Assembly (NCBI GenBank): GCA_902577905.1 | Contig: CACHAQ010000001.1 | Location: forward strand, 9,861 to 73,860 | DNA length: 64,000 nucleotides | Direction: 5' to 3' | From: an uncultured Alphaproteobacteria bacterium | GTDB taxonomy: Bacteria > Pseudomonadota > Alphaproteobacteria > HIMB59 > GCA-002718135 | Shown here: positions 40,452-50,606 of the stretch, piece after piece | Layout of the letters: the number at the start of each line of letters is the position of its first letter | Numbering within the stretch: the first letter of the stretch is position 1 | Notes under the pieces: model-generated | Told to the model about the DNA's origin: nothing | Database searches by the model: none | The model's input: only the letters and a program-made list of their open reading frames with translations | Made by a program: the position numbers and the translations under genes

Positions 40452-41383
40452 AGCCGGTAGAGATTGGTTTCATAGGAATTGGAAATGTTGGATCAAATCT
40501 TACAAATAATTTATTAAAATCAAATAACAATATATTTGTGTATGATAAAAATAATAAATCCTATTCAAAATTAAAAAATTTAAAAAACAAGCCTTGTAAA
40601 ACATTAAAAGAATTAACTGAAAAGAGTGAAATTATAATAACGTGTCTACCTTCACCAAAAGCGGTAAGTAAAGTTTTAAAAACTATTTTAAGATATCTAA
40701 CTAAAAAACACATCTGGATTGAGATGAGTACTACAGATAAAAATGACATGATTAGTTTATCTAATAAAGTAATTTCTAAAGGTGGGAGAGTTTTAGAATG
40801 TCCCATTACTGGAGGGGAGCATAGAGCTAAATCAGGAAATATATCCATTTTAGCTGGCGGCAAAAAATCTACTTTCAACAAATGTTTCCCAATTTTATCA
40901 TTACTTGGACATGAAATTTTATACTGTGGAAAAATTGGAAATGCTTCAATATTAAAAGTAATTACAAATTATTTAGCATCATTACATTTAGTAGGTATAG
41001 GTGAGGCACTTAGTGTTGCAAAAAAAAATAAAATTGACTTAGGTTTAACGTATAAAGCTATAAAAATAAGCTCAGGAAATAGTTTTGTTAATGAAACTGA
41101 AACACAAGTCATACTTGGAGGTAGTTATGATGTAGGATTCACAATGGATCTAGTCAATAAAGATATAAATCTTTTTAATAAACTAGGAAAAAATATAAAA
41201 TTAGAACTAGGAAATTATTTAAGTAAAAAATTTAAACTTGGTTTGAAAATTTTAGGGGAAAGGTCATTTAGTACTAGTATTATTAAATTAATTGAAAAAG
41301 ATGCTAAAATTAAATTAAGAGCAAAAAAATTCCCAAAACAATTAATTGATAAACAAAAAAAACAAAAAGGTGTAGAAGTATAA
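40448..41383 (+). CDS. Beta-hydroxyacid (3-hydroxyisobutyrate-type) dehydrogenase family
   Basis: GFIGIGNVG, EMST, ECPITGG, catalytic K in LKVITNY. Confidence 0.85.
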   Translation: MKPVEIGFIGIGNVGSNLTNNLLKSNNNIFVYDKNNKSYSKLKNLKNKPCKTLKELTEKSEIIITCLPSPKAVSKVLKTILRYLTKKHIWIEMSTTDKNDMISLSNKVISKGGRVLECPITGGEHRAKSGNISILAGGKKSTFNKCFPILSLLGHEILYCGKIGNASILKVITNYLASLHLVGIGEALSVAKKNKIDLGLTYKAIKISSGNSFVNETETQVILGGSYDVGFTMDLVNKDINLFNKLGKNIKLELGNYLSKKFKLGLKILGERSFSTSIIKLIEKDAKIKLRAKKFPKQLIDKQKKQKGVEV

Positions 41384-41384
41384 T

Positions 41385-42338
41385 ATGTCTAAAAAAAATT
41401 TGTTACCTGCTGATTTAGATCCAAGAAATCCAAGTTATGCTTATAAAAATAAATATAATGATCATGTAGATAATACTGATCAATTTAATAATTATCTAAA
41501 GTCTACTGAAGTTAAAAAAATTTTTTCTGGTATGTTATGGGGCGAAGGACCAGCATATATTCCTCATTTAGAAACATTGGTCTGGAGCGATATACCAAAT
41601 AACAGAATGTTAAAGTTATCAAATGGTTCTGTTGCTGAATACAAAAATCCTTCAAATTATTGTAATGGAAATACTATTGATAAAGAAGAAAATGTAATTT
41701 CTTGTTCACATGGAGGTAGATGTATTTATAAAACTAATGATAATTTAGAAGTGGAAGTATTAGTTGATAGTTATAATGGTAAGAAACTTAACTCACCAAA
41801 CGACCTATTTGTTAAATCGGATGATACAATTTGGTTTACAGATCCACCTTACGGTATTTTATCAGATTATGAGGGGTATCCTGGCGAACAAGAATACGGT
41901 GGCTGTAATGTGTTTTCTTTTGACCCTAAATCAAAAACTTTAAAAGTTATGATAGACGACCTTATTAGACCTAATGGTATTGCGATATCTCCAGATGAAA
42001 AAAAATTATATGTAGCTGATACTGGAGAAAATATCAAACATTTGTATGTCTATGATATGATTGATGGAATGCCTATGAATAGAAAATTAATTTATGATTT
42101 TAAACCTTTTTTTTCTGATGGTTTTAGATGCGATAAAGATGGTAATGTTTGGACAAGTGCCGGAAAGGCAATTAAATGTTTTAATCCTCAAAACGAATTA
42201 ATTGGGCAATTTATTGTTCCAGAACTAGTATCAAATTTAGAATTTGGAGGAGTGGAAGGAAATATTTTATACATAACAGCCACAACTAGTTTATATTCTA
42301 TAGAATTAAATCAACAAGGTGCCAGATTTTATGAATAA
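41385..42338 (+). CDS. SMP-30/gluconolactonase family lactonase
   Basis: WGEGP, WSDIPNNR, LNSPND, WFTDPPYG, PNGIA, DG. Confidence 0.9.
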   Translation: MSKKNLLPADLDPRNPSYAYKNKYNDHVDNTDQFNNYLKSTEVKKIFSGMLWGEGPAYIPHLETLVWSDIPNNRMLKLSNGSVAEYKNPSNYCNGNTIDKEENVISCSHGGRCIYKTNDNLEVEVLVDSYNGKKLNSPNDLFVKSDDTIWFTDPPYGILSDYEGYPGEQEYGGCNVFSFDPKSKTLKVMIDDLIRPNGIAISPDEKKLYVADTGENIKHLYVYDMIDGMPMNRKLIYDFKPFFSDGFRCDKDGNVWTSAGKAIKCFNPQNELIGQFIVPELVSNLEFGGVEGNILYITATTSLYSIELNQQGARFYE

Positions 42339-42666
42339 ACCTTTATCTTCAGGAAAGTGCGAACCATGCAGTGGGAACACCCCTAAATTAGATTATCAAG
42401 AAATTAGCAAATTTTTGTCTGAACTCAATGAATGGTCAGTTAATGATAATCAAGAAATGATTTTCAAAAAATTTAAATTTACTAATTTTAAAAAAGCAAT
42501 TTCATTTGCAAATGAAGTTGGAGAAATAGCAGAAAAAGAGGGTCATCATCCTGATATATCAATAGGATGGGGTTATTGTTTAGTAATGGTCCATACTCAC
42601 GCAATAGAGGGGTTATCAGTTAATGATTTTATATTAGCTTCCAAAATTGATTTAATTAAAAGTTAA
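42331..42666 (+). CDS. Pterin-4a-carbinolamine dehydratase
   Basis: AEKEGHHPDI, THAIEGLSVNDFILASKID; start 42331. Confidence 0.9.
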   Translation: MNKPLSSGKCEPCSGNTPKLDYQEISKFLSELNEWSVNDNQEMIFKKFKFTNFKKAISFANEVGEIAEKEGHHPDISIGWGYCLVMVHTHAIEGLSVNDFILASKIDLIKS

Positions 42667-42670
42667 ATTA

Positions 42671-44047
42671 ATGAAAAAAAAAATTTTTATTTGCGGTATT
42701 AGTACTGAATGTTGTTCTTATTCAACATTAATACAAAATAAAAAAGATTTTGAAGTTTTAAGTAGCAAAAAACTTTTAAAATATATAAATTTCCCTTACT
42801 CCAGTCATGATAATGTAACGTTTATACCAAATAAATTTTATCGAAGTTTGCCTGGAGGGCCTGTAGATAAAAAATTTTTTATAAAAACGATTAATAATAT
42901 CACAAATGATTTAATAAAATTAAAATCTATTGATGGTATTTTGCTAATCATGCATGGCGCGATGTATGTCAAAGGTATTAGTGATCCCGAGGGTTTTTTT
43001 ATTAAAAAAATTCGCTCTAAAGTATCTAAAGGCTGTAAAATATCATTATCTTATGATCTTCACGGACAGATGACTGATACAATTATAAAAAATATTAATT
43101 ATTTTGCAGCTTATAAAACCGCCCCACACATTGATGTTAAGCAAACTTATTCTAGGGCATTGAAAATGTTAATAGATGGAATATTAAAAAATAAGAAAAA
43201 TCATATAATTTGGACTAAAATACCAGTTTTAGTTTCAGGTGAAATGTCATCTACAATAGTTGAACCATGTAAAAAAATTTATAAAAATCTGAATATATTT
43301 AATAAAATGAAAGGGGTTAATGATTGTAATTTACTTATTGGATATGTTTGGGCTGATACTAAGAGGGCAACAGCATCAGCAATTGTAAATTGTACAGATA
43401 CTAATATTGGTAAAAGAATATGTAAGAAAATAGCACTAAGTTATTGGAATAATAGGTTTAAATTGGTTTATGATATGCAATCTTATAAGTTAAATAGGAT
43501 TTTTCATGTAATTAATAAAAAAAGATTTACAATTTTAGCCGATAGCGGGGATAATCCAACAGCTGGAGGAGTAGGAAGTAGAATTGATGTATTAGAGTAC
43601 GTATTTAAAAATAAAATACAAAATACATTATTTGCAGGAATTTTTAATGAAGAAATTTTTAGAGAGCTAAAAAATAAAAAAAACAAAATCGTTATAAAAG
43701 ATACTTTCTCAAAAAAGAAAATTTCTATTTCGATTGATAAATTTTATCTAAAAAATGATAATGTGATTGTAACCTCAAATAATAATACCATAATTTTTAC
43801 AAGGTACAGAAAACCTTTTCATTATCTGAGTGATTTTAAGAAATTAAATATAAATTTAAAAAAATATAAAATATTGATTGTAAAATCAGGATATCTTTCA
43901 CCGGAACTTAAAAAACTAAAGGCGGATAATTTTATGATTTTAACAGATGGATTTGTTACTCAAGATTTTAAAAGAATTAAAAATTTATTTAGAGAAAAGC
44001 CAATTTATCCTTTCCAAAAAAATTTTAGATATAATATAGCTATTTAA
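42671..44047 (+). CDS. M81/MlrC family metallopeptidase
   Basis: MHGAM, DPEG, YDLHG, YKTAPHID, DSGDNPTAGG, VKSGYL. Confidence 0.88.
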   Translation: MKKKIFICGISTECCSYSTLIQNKKDFEVLSSKKLLKYINFPYSSHDNVTFIPNKFYRSLPGGPVDKKFFIKTINNITNDLIKLKSIDGILLIMHGAMYVKGISDPEGFFIKKIRSKVSKGCKISLSYDLHGQMTDTIIKNINYFAAYKTAPHIDVKQTYSRALKMLIDGILKNKKNHIIWTKIPVLVSGEMSSTIVEPCKKIYKNLNIFNKMKGVNDCNLLIGYVWADTKRATASAIVNCTDTNIGKRICKKIALSYWNNRFKLVYDMQSYKLNRIFHVINKKRFTILADSGDNPTAGGVGSRIDVLEYVFKNKIQNTLFAGIFNEEIFRELKNKKNKIVIKDTFSKKKISISIDKFYLKNDNVIVTSNNNTIIFTRYRKPFHYLSDFKKLNINLKKYKILIVKSGYLSPELKKLKADNFMILTDGFVTQDFKRIKNLFREKPIYPFQKNFRYNIAI

Positions 44048-45436
44048 TTAAGTACCACAAAAAGTTTCAAAAACTTTTTCACTTTCTAAAGGTGGGGTAA
44101 TATACTTTTTATTTTCTATTTTCTCGTAAGGATTTTTCAGTATTTTATCGAAATCATATAATTGATCATAATTATTGCTGTACACTTCATTAATTATTTC
44201 TTCTATAATATGATTCCTAGGTATAATTTGAGGATTAACATTTTTAAATTTTCTTAATTTATTATTTTTATATTTTTCTTCCCAATTTTTAAAAATCTTT
44301 TTATCAAGAGTATTATTTTCTAAATCTAAAAATGTATTTGTATAATCAAGTTTATAAATATGCATCAAATCTAAAAATTCTTTAACAATTTCTTCGTTAT
44401 TATTATTAGTATTTAAATTTAATTTCATAGACATCATTGTTAACCAAGATTGATCAAACAATTTTTTATATTTATTTAATATATCTTCGATTTTTTTAAT
44501 TGCTGTTTTTTCATTTGAATCAATTAAATGAAGAAAAGTTTCGGCAAATCTTGCTAAATTCCATAATGTTATTTTTGATTGATTTTCAAATGAATATCTT
44601 CCCATTTTATCAATTGAGCTAAAAACTTTTTTTGGATTATATTCATCCAAATATGCTGCTGGACCATAATCTATTGTTTCACCTGATAAAGACATGTTAT
44701 CGGTATTCATAACACCATGAATAAAACCAACTCTCATCCAATCTATGACCAACTTAATTTGCAAATCACAAATTGTTTCATAAAATTTTAAATACTTATC
44801 ATTACTATTATCTATTTCAGGATACAGCCTTGAAATTGTATAAGATATAAAGTTTTGAAATTCATCTCTATTTTTTAAAAGACTTCCAAACTGAAAAGTC
44901 CCAACTCTAATATGTGATTTTGCTACTCTAATTAAAATTGCACCTGGCTCTAATCTATCACGCAATACATTTTCCCCTGTAGTAATAACTGCAAGTGCTC
45001 TGGTTGATGATATACCAAGATTATGCATAGCCTCACTTAATATATATTCCCTTATCATTGGACCTAAGGCAGCTTTTCCATCTCCATTTCTAGAGTAGGG
45101 TGTTTGACCTGACCCTTTTAACTGTATATCTACTCTTTGTTTATTATTAGTAATATGTTCACCAATAATTACAGCTCTGCCATCACCTAAAATTGTAAAA
45201 TTTCCAAATTGATGTCCAGCATAAGCTTGTGAAAAGTAATTTTTATCTAATTTATTTTTTCCCAAAAGAATATTACACTTTTCATCATCATCATATTTAC
45301 TAAAATCTAAATTTAAGTCACTTGCAAGATCACTATTAAACAAAACTAATTTTTTATTACTAAAATTTTCTGGATTAACTTTACTATAAAAAATACTAGG
45401 TAATTTCGTGTAACTATCTTGAAAATTCCAAACCAT
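44048..45436 (-). CDS. selO: Protein adenylyltransferase SelO/YdiU
   Basis: YAGHQFG, LGDGR, QLKGSG, HGVMNTDN, IDYGP, C-terminal TFCGT. Confidence 0.93.
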   Translation of the reverse strand: MVWNFQDSYTKLPSIFYSKVNPENFSNKKLVLFNSDLASDLNLDFSKYDDDEKCNILLGKNKLDKNYFSQAYAGHQFGNFTILGDGRAVIIGEHITNNKQRVDIQLKGSGQTPYSRNGDGKAALGPMIREYILSEAMHNLGISSTRALAVITTGENVLRDRLEPGAILIRVAKSHIRVGTFQFGSLLKNRDEFQNFISYTISRLYPEIDNSNDKYLKFYETICDLQIKLVIDWMRVGFIHGVMNTDNMSLSGETIDYGPAAYLDEYNPKKVFSSIDKMGRYSFENQSKITLWNLARFAETFLHLIDSNEKTAIKKIEDILNKYKKLFDQSWLTMMSMKLNLNTNNNNEEIVKEFLDLMHIYKLDYTNTFLDLENNTLDKKIFKNWEEKYKNNKLRKFKNVNPQIIPRNHIIEEIINEVYSNNYDQLYDFDKILKNPYEKIENKKYITPPLESEKVFETFCGT

Positions 45437-45506
45437 TTTGAATAAATATATATAAATTTTTTAAATTTAACATCTACAACTTTAGTATATAAGTATTAAG
45501 TCAGCA

Positions 45507-46289
45507 ATGAATACCATAATTGATATAGTTAATCATTCAAAACATCCAATAGATAGCGATGAATATATTCAATATTGCAATGATGAAATTAAAAAAAATT
45601 CTATACTAATATTAAATAATTTTTTAACAGATGACTGCTTAAGTGAATTAATTACTGAAGCTCATGAATTACAAGATCAAGCTTTCTATTGTTCTCAAAA
45701 TCATACTATCTTACTTAATAAACAAAATAAATTAAGTGATTTGAATGATCCATTAAATATAGAGGTAGTAAGTGATAAAGGTTGTGTTCCTCATGATTTG
45801 TTAAATCAGCAATCTAAATTAAATATTTTATATCAATCAAACATTTTTAAAAATTTTTTAAAAGGTGTCTTAAATTTAAAAGATATTTATCCATACAGTG
45901 ATACCTTATCTTCCATAAATTATAATTATTATCAAAAATCACAACAGTTAGGGTGGCATTTTGATAATGCGTCATTCGCTATTACTTTAATGATACAATC
46001 ATCAGATGAAGGTGGTGAATTTGAATATGTTAGTAAAGGAAGAAATTTTTCAGAAAACTATATCGATAAATCATATATTAAAAATATTTTACATAGAAAA
46101 ACTTTACCACAAAAACTAGATGTTGATGCCGGCACTCTTATATTGTTTTACGGTAGAAACTATTTGCATCGTGTAACACCAGTAGAGTCAGAAAAACCAA
46201 GAATATTAGTAACGCTAAATTATAATGAAGAAGAGGGTACAATGCTCTCAGAAAATGCAAGATTAACTTTTTTTGGTAGAATTAACTAA
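45507..46289 (+). CDS. Fe(II)/2OG oxygenase, BesD/HalD-like fold, hydroxylase-type
   Basis: LGWHFD (HxD), GGEFEY, LHRVTPV...R. Confidence 0.75.
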   Translation: MNTIIDIVNHSKHPIDSDEYIQYCNDEIKKNSILILNNFLTDDCLSELITEAHELQDQAFYCSQNHTILLNKQNKLSDLNDPLNIEVVSDKGCVPHDLLNQQSKLNILYQSNIFKNFLKGVLNLKDIYPYSDTLSSINYNYYQKSQQLGWHFDNASFAITLMIQSSDEGGEFEYVSKGRNFSENYIDKSYIKNILHRKTLPQKLDVDAGTLILFYGRNYLHRVTPVESEKPRILVTLNYNEEEGTMLSENARLTFFGRIN

Positions 46290-47077
46290 TTATGATTAAA
46301 GAAAAATAATTGTTTTCCATTTACTCGATAGTTATTAATCAATTTTTTTGCTTCTTCCGATGTAATCCAATCAATATATTTTTTTGCTTCTTCAATATTT
46401 AAATTACTATTTATCTTTTTGTTTACTAAAATTATTCCATATTGATTAAATAATGGCGGTAAATTTTCACAGACAATTTGTAGATTTTCTTTTTTATTGA
46501 AAGCTATCCAAGTACTTCGATCACTAAGTGTGTAAGCATTCTTTTGATTAGTTATTAGTAATGTTGATCCCATTCCCTGACCTACACTAAGATACCAATT
46601 TTCTTCTAATGGTATATTTATGTTTGATAATTTCCAAAGTTCTTTTTCTTTTTTATGTGTTCCACTTTCATCACCTCTAGATACAAATAATAATTTTGAT
46701 TCTTTTATTTCAATCATTTTATTTTCAATAGAAGAACATTTCTTTTTATCTTTTTTTGGTCCAATCAAGACAAAATCATTGTACATTAAATCATACCTTA
46801 GGATACCATAACCATTATTCATAAAATCTAACTCTGATTTTTTATGATGGACTAATAAAATTTCTACATTACCATCCATTGCAACCTTAATTGCCTGACC
46901 TGTTCCAAGAGATAGAGCTCTAACTTTTATATTATATTTATTTTCAAATTCATTGTTAATATATTCTAATAAACCTGTATCGTGTGTAGAAGTTGTACTA
47001 GCTATGGTTATATACTTATTTGCTAGAGCGTTCTTAATTAAAAATATCAATATAAATATAAGTAAAATCCTAATCAT
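46286..47077 (-). CDS. tupA: Tungstate ABC transporter substrate-binding protein
   Basis: Signal peptide, ASTTSTHDTGLL, GTGQA, MYNDFVLIGP, FVSRGDESGTH, GQGMG. Confidence 0.88.
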   Translation of the reverse strand: MIRILLIFILIFLIKNALANKYITIASTTSTHDTGLLEYINNEFENKYNIKVRALSLGTGQAIKVAMDGNVEILLVHHKKSELDFMNNGYGILRYDLMYNDFVLIGPKKDKKKCSSIENKMIEIKESKLLFVSRGDESGTHKKEKELWKLSNINIPLEENWYLSVGQGMGSTLLITNQKNAYTLSDRSTWIAFNKKENLQIVCENLPPLFNQYGIILVNKKINSNLNIEEAKKYIDWITSEEAKKLINNYRVNGKQLFFFNHN

Positions 47078-47137
47078 AAAACTTGATACATCTTATAGTA
47101 CTTACTAAATATATTTATATATTTTGAAAGGAAAGTT

Positions 47138-47323
47138 ATGAAAATTATTAAAGTATTAGAAAAAACTGAATTGGTAATAGTCGATTTAGAGGTAAATTTA
47201 GGTAAAGAAAAAAAAAATGGTTTAACATTATGTGTTAAATATAATGGTGAATATTATCCATTAAATACAGCACACGATGGAAGACCAATTTTAATGAATA
47301 AAGAGAATGTAATTAAAAATTAA
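47138..47323 (+). CDS. Small hypothetical protein (61 aa)
   Basis: AAAGGA RBS upstream; protein-like sequence (PLNTAHDGRPILMN). Confidence 0.7.
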   Translation: MKIIKVLEKTELVIVDLEVNLGKEKKNGLTLCVKYNGEYYPLNTAHDGRPILMNKENVIKN

Positions 47324-47660
47324 GATTAAATTTTTTAATTATAAACATGAAAATAGCATAAGCTATTGCAGTACTAATTATTGAAATAATTAGAGAGAAA
47401 ATAAAGTTTTGTTTAAATTTTAAAAGTATTGGTAAAACAATAAAAAATACTATTGAAGGTATAGTCATAACAATTGTACTATATGAGAGATCTATAATTT
47501 TTTGATAATCTTTTGTATCCCAATATAACCAAACAAATGCTAATAATGATGTAAGTGGCAAAGAAACAATAATTGCTGCTGTCCAAGTATATTTTTTTGC
47601 AATTTCTGATACTGCAACAATAATTAACGCTGAAATAATTGTTTTTAAAAAAATATACAT
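47313..47660 (-). CDS. DUF3147-like 4-TM membrane protein
   Basis: KTIISALIIVAVSEIAK...SLPLTSLLAFVWLY pattern. Confidence 0.75.
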   Translation of the reverse strand: MYIFLKTIISALIIVAVSEIAKKYTWTAAIIVSLPLTSLLAFVWLYWDTKDYQKIIDLSYSTIVMTIPSIVFFIVLPILLKFKQNFIFSLIISIISTAIAYAIFMFIIKKFNLNF

Positions 47661-47773
47661 CTTTTCACTTCATATATGTCAAATCAATAAAAATAATAGT
47701 ACTCTTATTAATTTTTACAATTAAAATTATATGTTGAATTTATTTTTATTTATATTTTAAATTAGGTAAAATT

Positions 47774-49294
47774 ATGAGGACTGTTTTTTTACTTTTTGAT
47801 TCTTTAAATAGAAGAATGCTTAACTCTTATGGGGGTAATTTTTTAGATACACCAAATTTTAAAAGACTTGCAGAAAAATCAATAACTTTTGATAATCATT
47901 TTATAGGCAGCATGCCTTGCATGCCGGCAAGAAGAGATTTGCAAAGTGGTAGATTAAGTTTTTTACATAGAAGCTGGGGGCCATTAGAACCATTTGATAA
48001 TTCTTTCCCTGAAATACTAAGATTTAATAATATTTATACCCATTTAGTAACTGATCATAATCATTATTTTGAAGATGGAGGTGCCACTTATCATAATAGA
48101 TATAATTCTTTTGATTTTATAAGAGGTCAGGAGCGAGATCCTTGGAAAGCAATGGTAGATCCTCCAATTGAAAGGTTTAAAAAAATGTATCATAAAAGTC
48201 AATCTGAGTTTAAAAATAGGGAATCTAAATATTATTTTTACCCAATTAATAGTGAATACATCAAACAAGAAAAAGACTTTCCTTCTGTAAAATGTTTTTC
48301 ATCTGGTTTAGAATTTCTTGAGACAAATAAAACTGCAAAGGATTGGTTTTTACAGATTGAAACATTTGATCCTCATGAACCTTTTTTTGCTCCAAAAAGA
48401 TTTAGAGAAAAATTTAAGACTAATTATGTAGGCCCAAGGTTAGATTGGCCTCAATATGATAAAGTAAAAGAGTCTTCAGATGAAGTTGCAGAATTAAAAG
48501 CTAACTATTTAGCTTTGATCAGTTTATGTGATTTTCTACTTGGTTCTATCTTAGATTATTTCGATCAAAATAATTTATGGGATGACACAACACTTGTACT
48601 CACAACTGATCATGGCTTCATGCTTGGTGAACATAATTGGTGGGCAAAAAATAGAATGCCATTATATAATGAGATTTCACATATACCTCTATTTATATAT
48701 CATCCTGATTATAAAAAAAATATTGGTCAAAGAAGATCTGTTGTCACACAAAATATTGACTTAATGCCAACATTTCTGGAAAATCATAAAATTAAAATTC
48801 CAAAAGAAGTTCAAGGAAAATCCTTATTGAATTTTTTAGAAAAAGAAGAAAAAACTAATTATTCTGCTTTATTTGGATATTGGGGTGGTGGAGTAAATAT
48901 AACAGATGGAAGTTATACTTATTTCAATTATCCTAAATATATGAACAGAGCTGATTCTTATCAGTATACGTTAATGCCTACACATTTAAGACAATTTTTT
49001 ACTCTTAATGAATTAAAAACAGCTAAAATGGAAAAACCTTTTAGTTTTACTAAAGGAGTTCCTGTTATGAAAATACAAAATGATGATATAGGTCCATCGA
49101 TTGGAAATGATGATGGTCTTGAAAAAGGTTTCGTTGATACAGATTCAGCTTTATATGATATCAAAAATGATCCAGGCCAAATAAATAAAATAGAAGATAG
49201 AGATATTATAAAAAAAATGAACAACTTAATTTTTGATAAAATGACAGAAAATGATGCACCAAAAGAAGTGATTAGTCGTTTTTTTAAAAATTGA
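47774..49294 (+). CDS. Cys-type (formylglycine) sulfatase, cytoplasmic
   Basis: FDSL, CMPAR (CxPxR), FDPHEPF, TTDHGF, HIPL; no signal peptide. Confidence 0.92.
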   Translation: MRTVFLLFDSLNRRMLNSYGGNFLDTPNFKRLAEKSITFDNHFIGSMPCMPARRDLQSGRLSFLHRSWGPLEPFDNSFPEILRFNNIYTHLVTDHNHYFEDGGATYHNRYNSFDFIRGQERDPWKAMVDPPIERFKKMYHKSQSEFKNRESKYYFYPINSEYIKQEKDFPSVKCFSSGLEFLETNKTAKDWFLQIETFDPHEPFFAPKRFREKFKTNYVGPRLDWPQYDKVKESSDEVAELKANYLALISLCDFLLGSILDYFDQNNLWDDTTLVLTTDHGFMLGEHNWWAKNRMPLYNEISHIPLFIYHPDYKKNIGQRRSVVTQNIDLMPTFLENHKIKIPKEVQGKSLLNFLEKEEKTNYSALFGYWGGGVNITDGSYTYFNYPKYMNRADSYQYTLMPTHLRQFFTLNELKTAKMEKPFSFTKGVPVMKIQNDDIGPSIGNDDGLEKGFVDTDSALYDIKNDPGQINKIEDRDIIKKMNNLIFDKMTENDAPKEVISRFFKN

Positions 49295-49295
49295 C

Positions 49296-50144
49296 TTACT
49301 TTCTTGTAGCTATATATACTCCGAAAGTACAAATAAATAATCCTATTATATCAATCAAATATAGATTTTCTCCTAGCACTAAATAAGCCATTACAGCTGT
49401 TGTGGGGGGTATTAAAAAAAATAGATTTGATGTTTTACTTGCTGTCCCAGTCTTAATTAAATACATTAGAATTGCATATGCACCAAAAGATACCATAATT
49501 ATTTGCCACCCCATTGATAAAATAAATCTTTTATCAAAATTTATAAATGAAACTTCAAATAGAAAGGATGCAATGATTAAAAAAAATGTTGCAGCAATTG
49601 CTTGATAAAAATTATTTACTGATAATGTAATTTCACTTGTAAATTTCTTTTGCCATATTGTTGCAGTAGTTGTGCCAAGTAGAGCTACTATTGAAGCGAT
49701 TACTCCTAAAAATGGAATGGTTTTACCAATATCGTAACCAATGACTAATACTGTTCCAATAAATCCAAGTGTTATTCCTATCCATTGAACTAGTGTTACT
49801 CTCTCTTTTAGTATCGGTCCGCTAAAAATATTTGTTAGAATAGGTTGTAAACCAACTATTAAAGCAGATAATGTAGCTGATAAACCAATTGAATATGAAA
49901 AAAACACACCACCGAGATAAAAACCATGAAAAAGAACCCCTGTTATTGATGCCTGTAAAATTAATTTATAATTAACTAAAATTTTTTCTCTGAAGAAAAA
50001 AGAAAATAATAAAAAAAAAATAGAAACGATTAAAAATCTAAATGATAATGCAGCAAATGGACTTGCTGACTGAACTATAAATTGACCACTGATAAATGCT
50101 GAACTCCAGAAAAAAACAAAAAGATAAGGAAAATATAAATTCAT
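49296..50144 (-). CDS. DMT/EamA family transporter
   Basis: FVFFWSSAF, LQPILT, LGE; about 10 TM. Confidence 0.85.
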   Translation of the reverse strand: MNLYFPYLFVFFWSSAFISGQFIVQSASPFAALSFRFLIVSIFFLLFSFFFREKILVNYKLILQASITGVLFHGFYLGGVFFSYSIGLSATLSALIVGLQPILTNIFSGPILKERVTLVQWIGITLGFIGTVLVIGYDIGKTIPFLGVIASIVALLGTTTATIWQKKFTSEITLSVNNFYQAIAATFFLIIASFLFEVSFINFDKRFILSMGWQIIMVSFGAYAILMYLIKTGTASKTSNLFFLIPPTTAVMAYLVLGENLYLIDIIGLFICTFGVYIATRK

Positions 50145-50202
50145 AACAAAAGTATATTATTATACATCTATAAGTGATAAGAAAATTTCTCTATAGTTTT
50201 TT

Positions 50203-50598
50203 ATGCAAAAAGATATAAATTTTCATTGCCCAAACTGTAAATCCAATAAATATAAATCTAAAACAACAATGGGGAAAAAATATAATGAAGGACCATATAA
50301 AGATGTTGTTGCAGAAATACAATGTTCTACATGCTTTATGGATATTCCAACAAATATATCTGAAAATATTAATATAAAAAATTTAGATAAATTTCACAAA
50401 TTATGGATTAATATTTATAAACCAGCTCATAAGTTAGATGCTCCAAAATGCTCAAGATGTTATCGTTTTTATTGGGAAATTGAAAAATATTTGTATGAAA
50501 AAAATATTCAATCAAAAGATATTTTTTATCAAACATATAATCCTCAAAAAGGAGTAGGTAACTTAGTTTGCAAAATTTGTGATCCTGATGCCTTTTAA
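50203..50598 (+). CDS. Hypothetical protein with four CxxC motifs (double zinc ribbon-like)
   Basis: CPNC, CSTC, CSRC, CKIC. Confidence 0.75.
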   Translation: MQKDINFHCPNCKSNKYKSKTTMGKKYNEGPYKDVVAEIQCSTCFMDIPTNISENINIKNLDKFHKLWINIYKPAHKLDAPKCSRCYRFYWEIEKYLYEKNIQSKDIFYQTYNPQKGVGNLVCKICDPDAF

Positions 50599-50606
50599 TT
50601 AAATTA

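Noticed and set aside
44048-45436. Selenocysteine in SelO
   Set aside because: Ends TFCGT with a TAA stop; no in-frame TGA
45507-46289. Radical halogenase
   Set aside because: HxD carboxylate retained; halogenases have HxG/A
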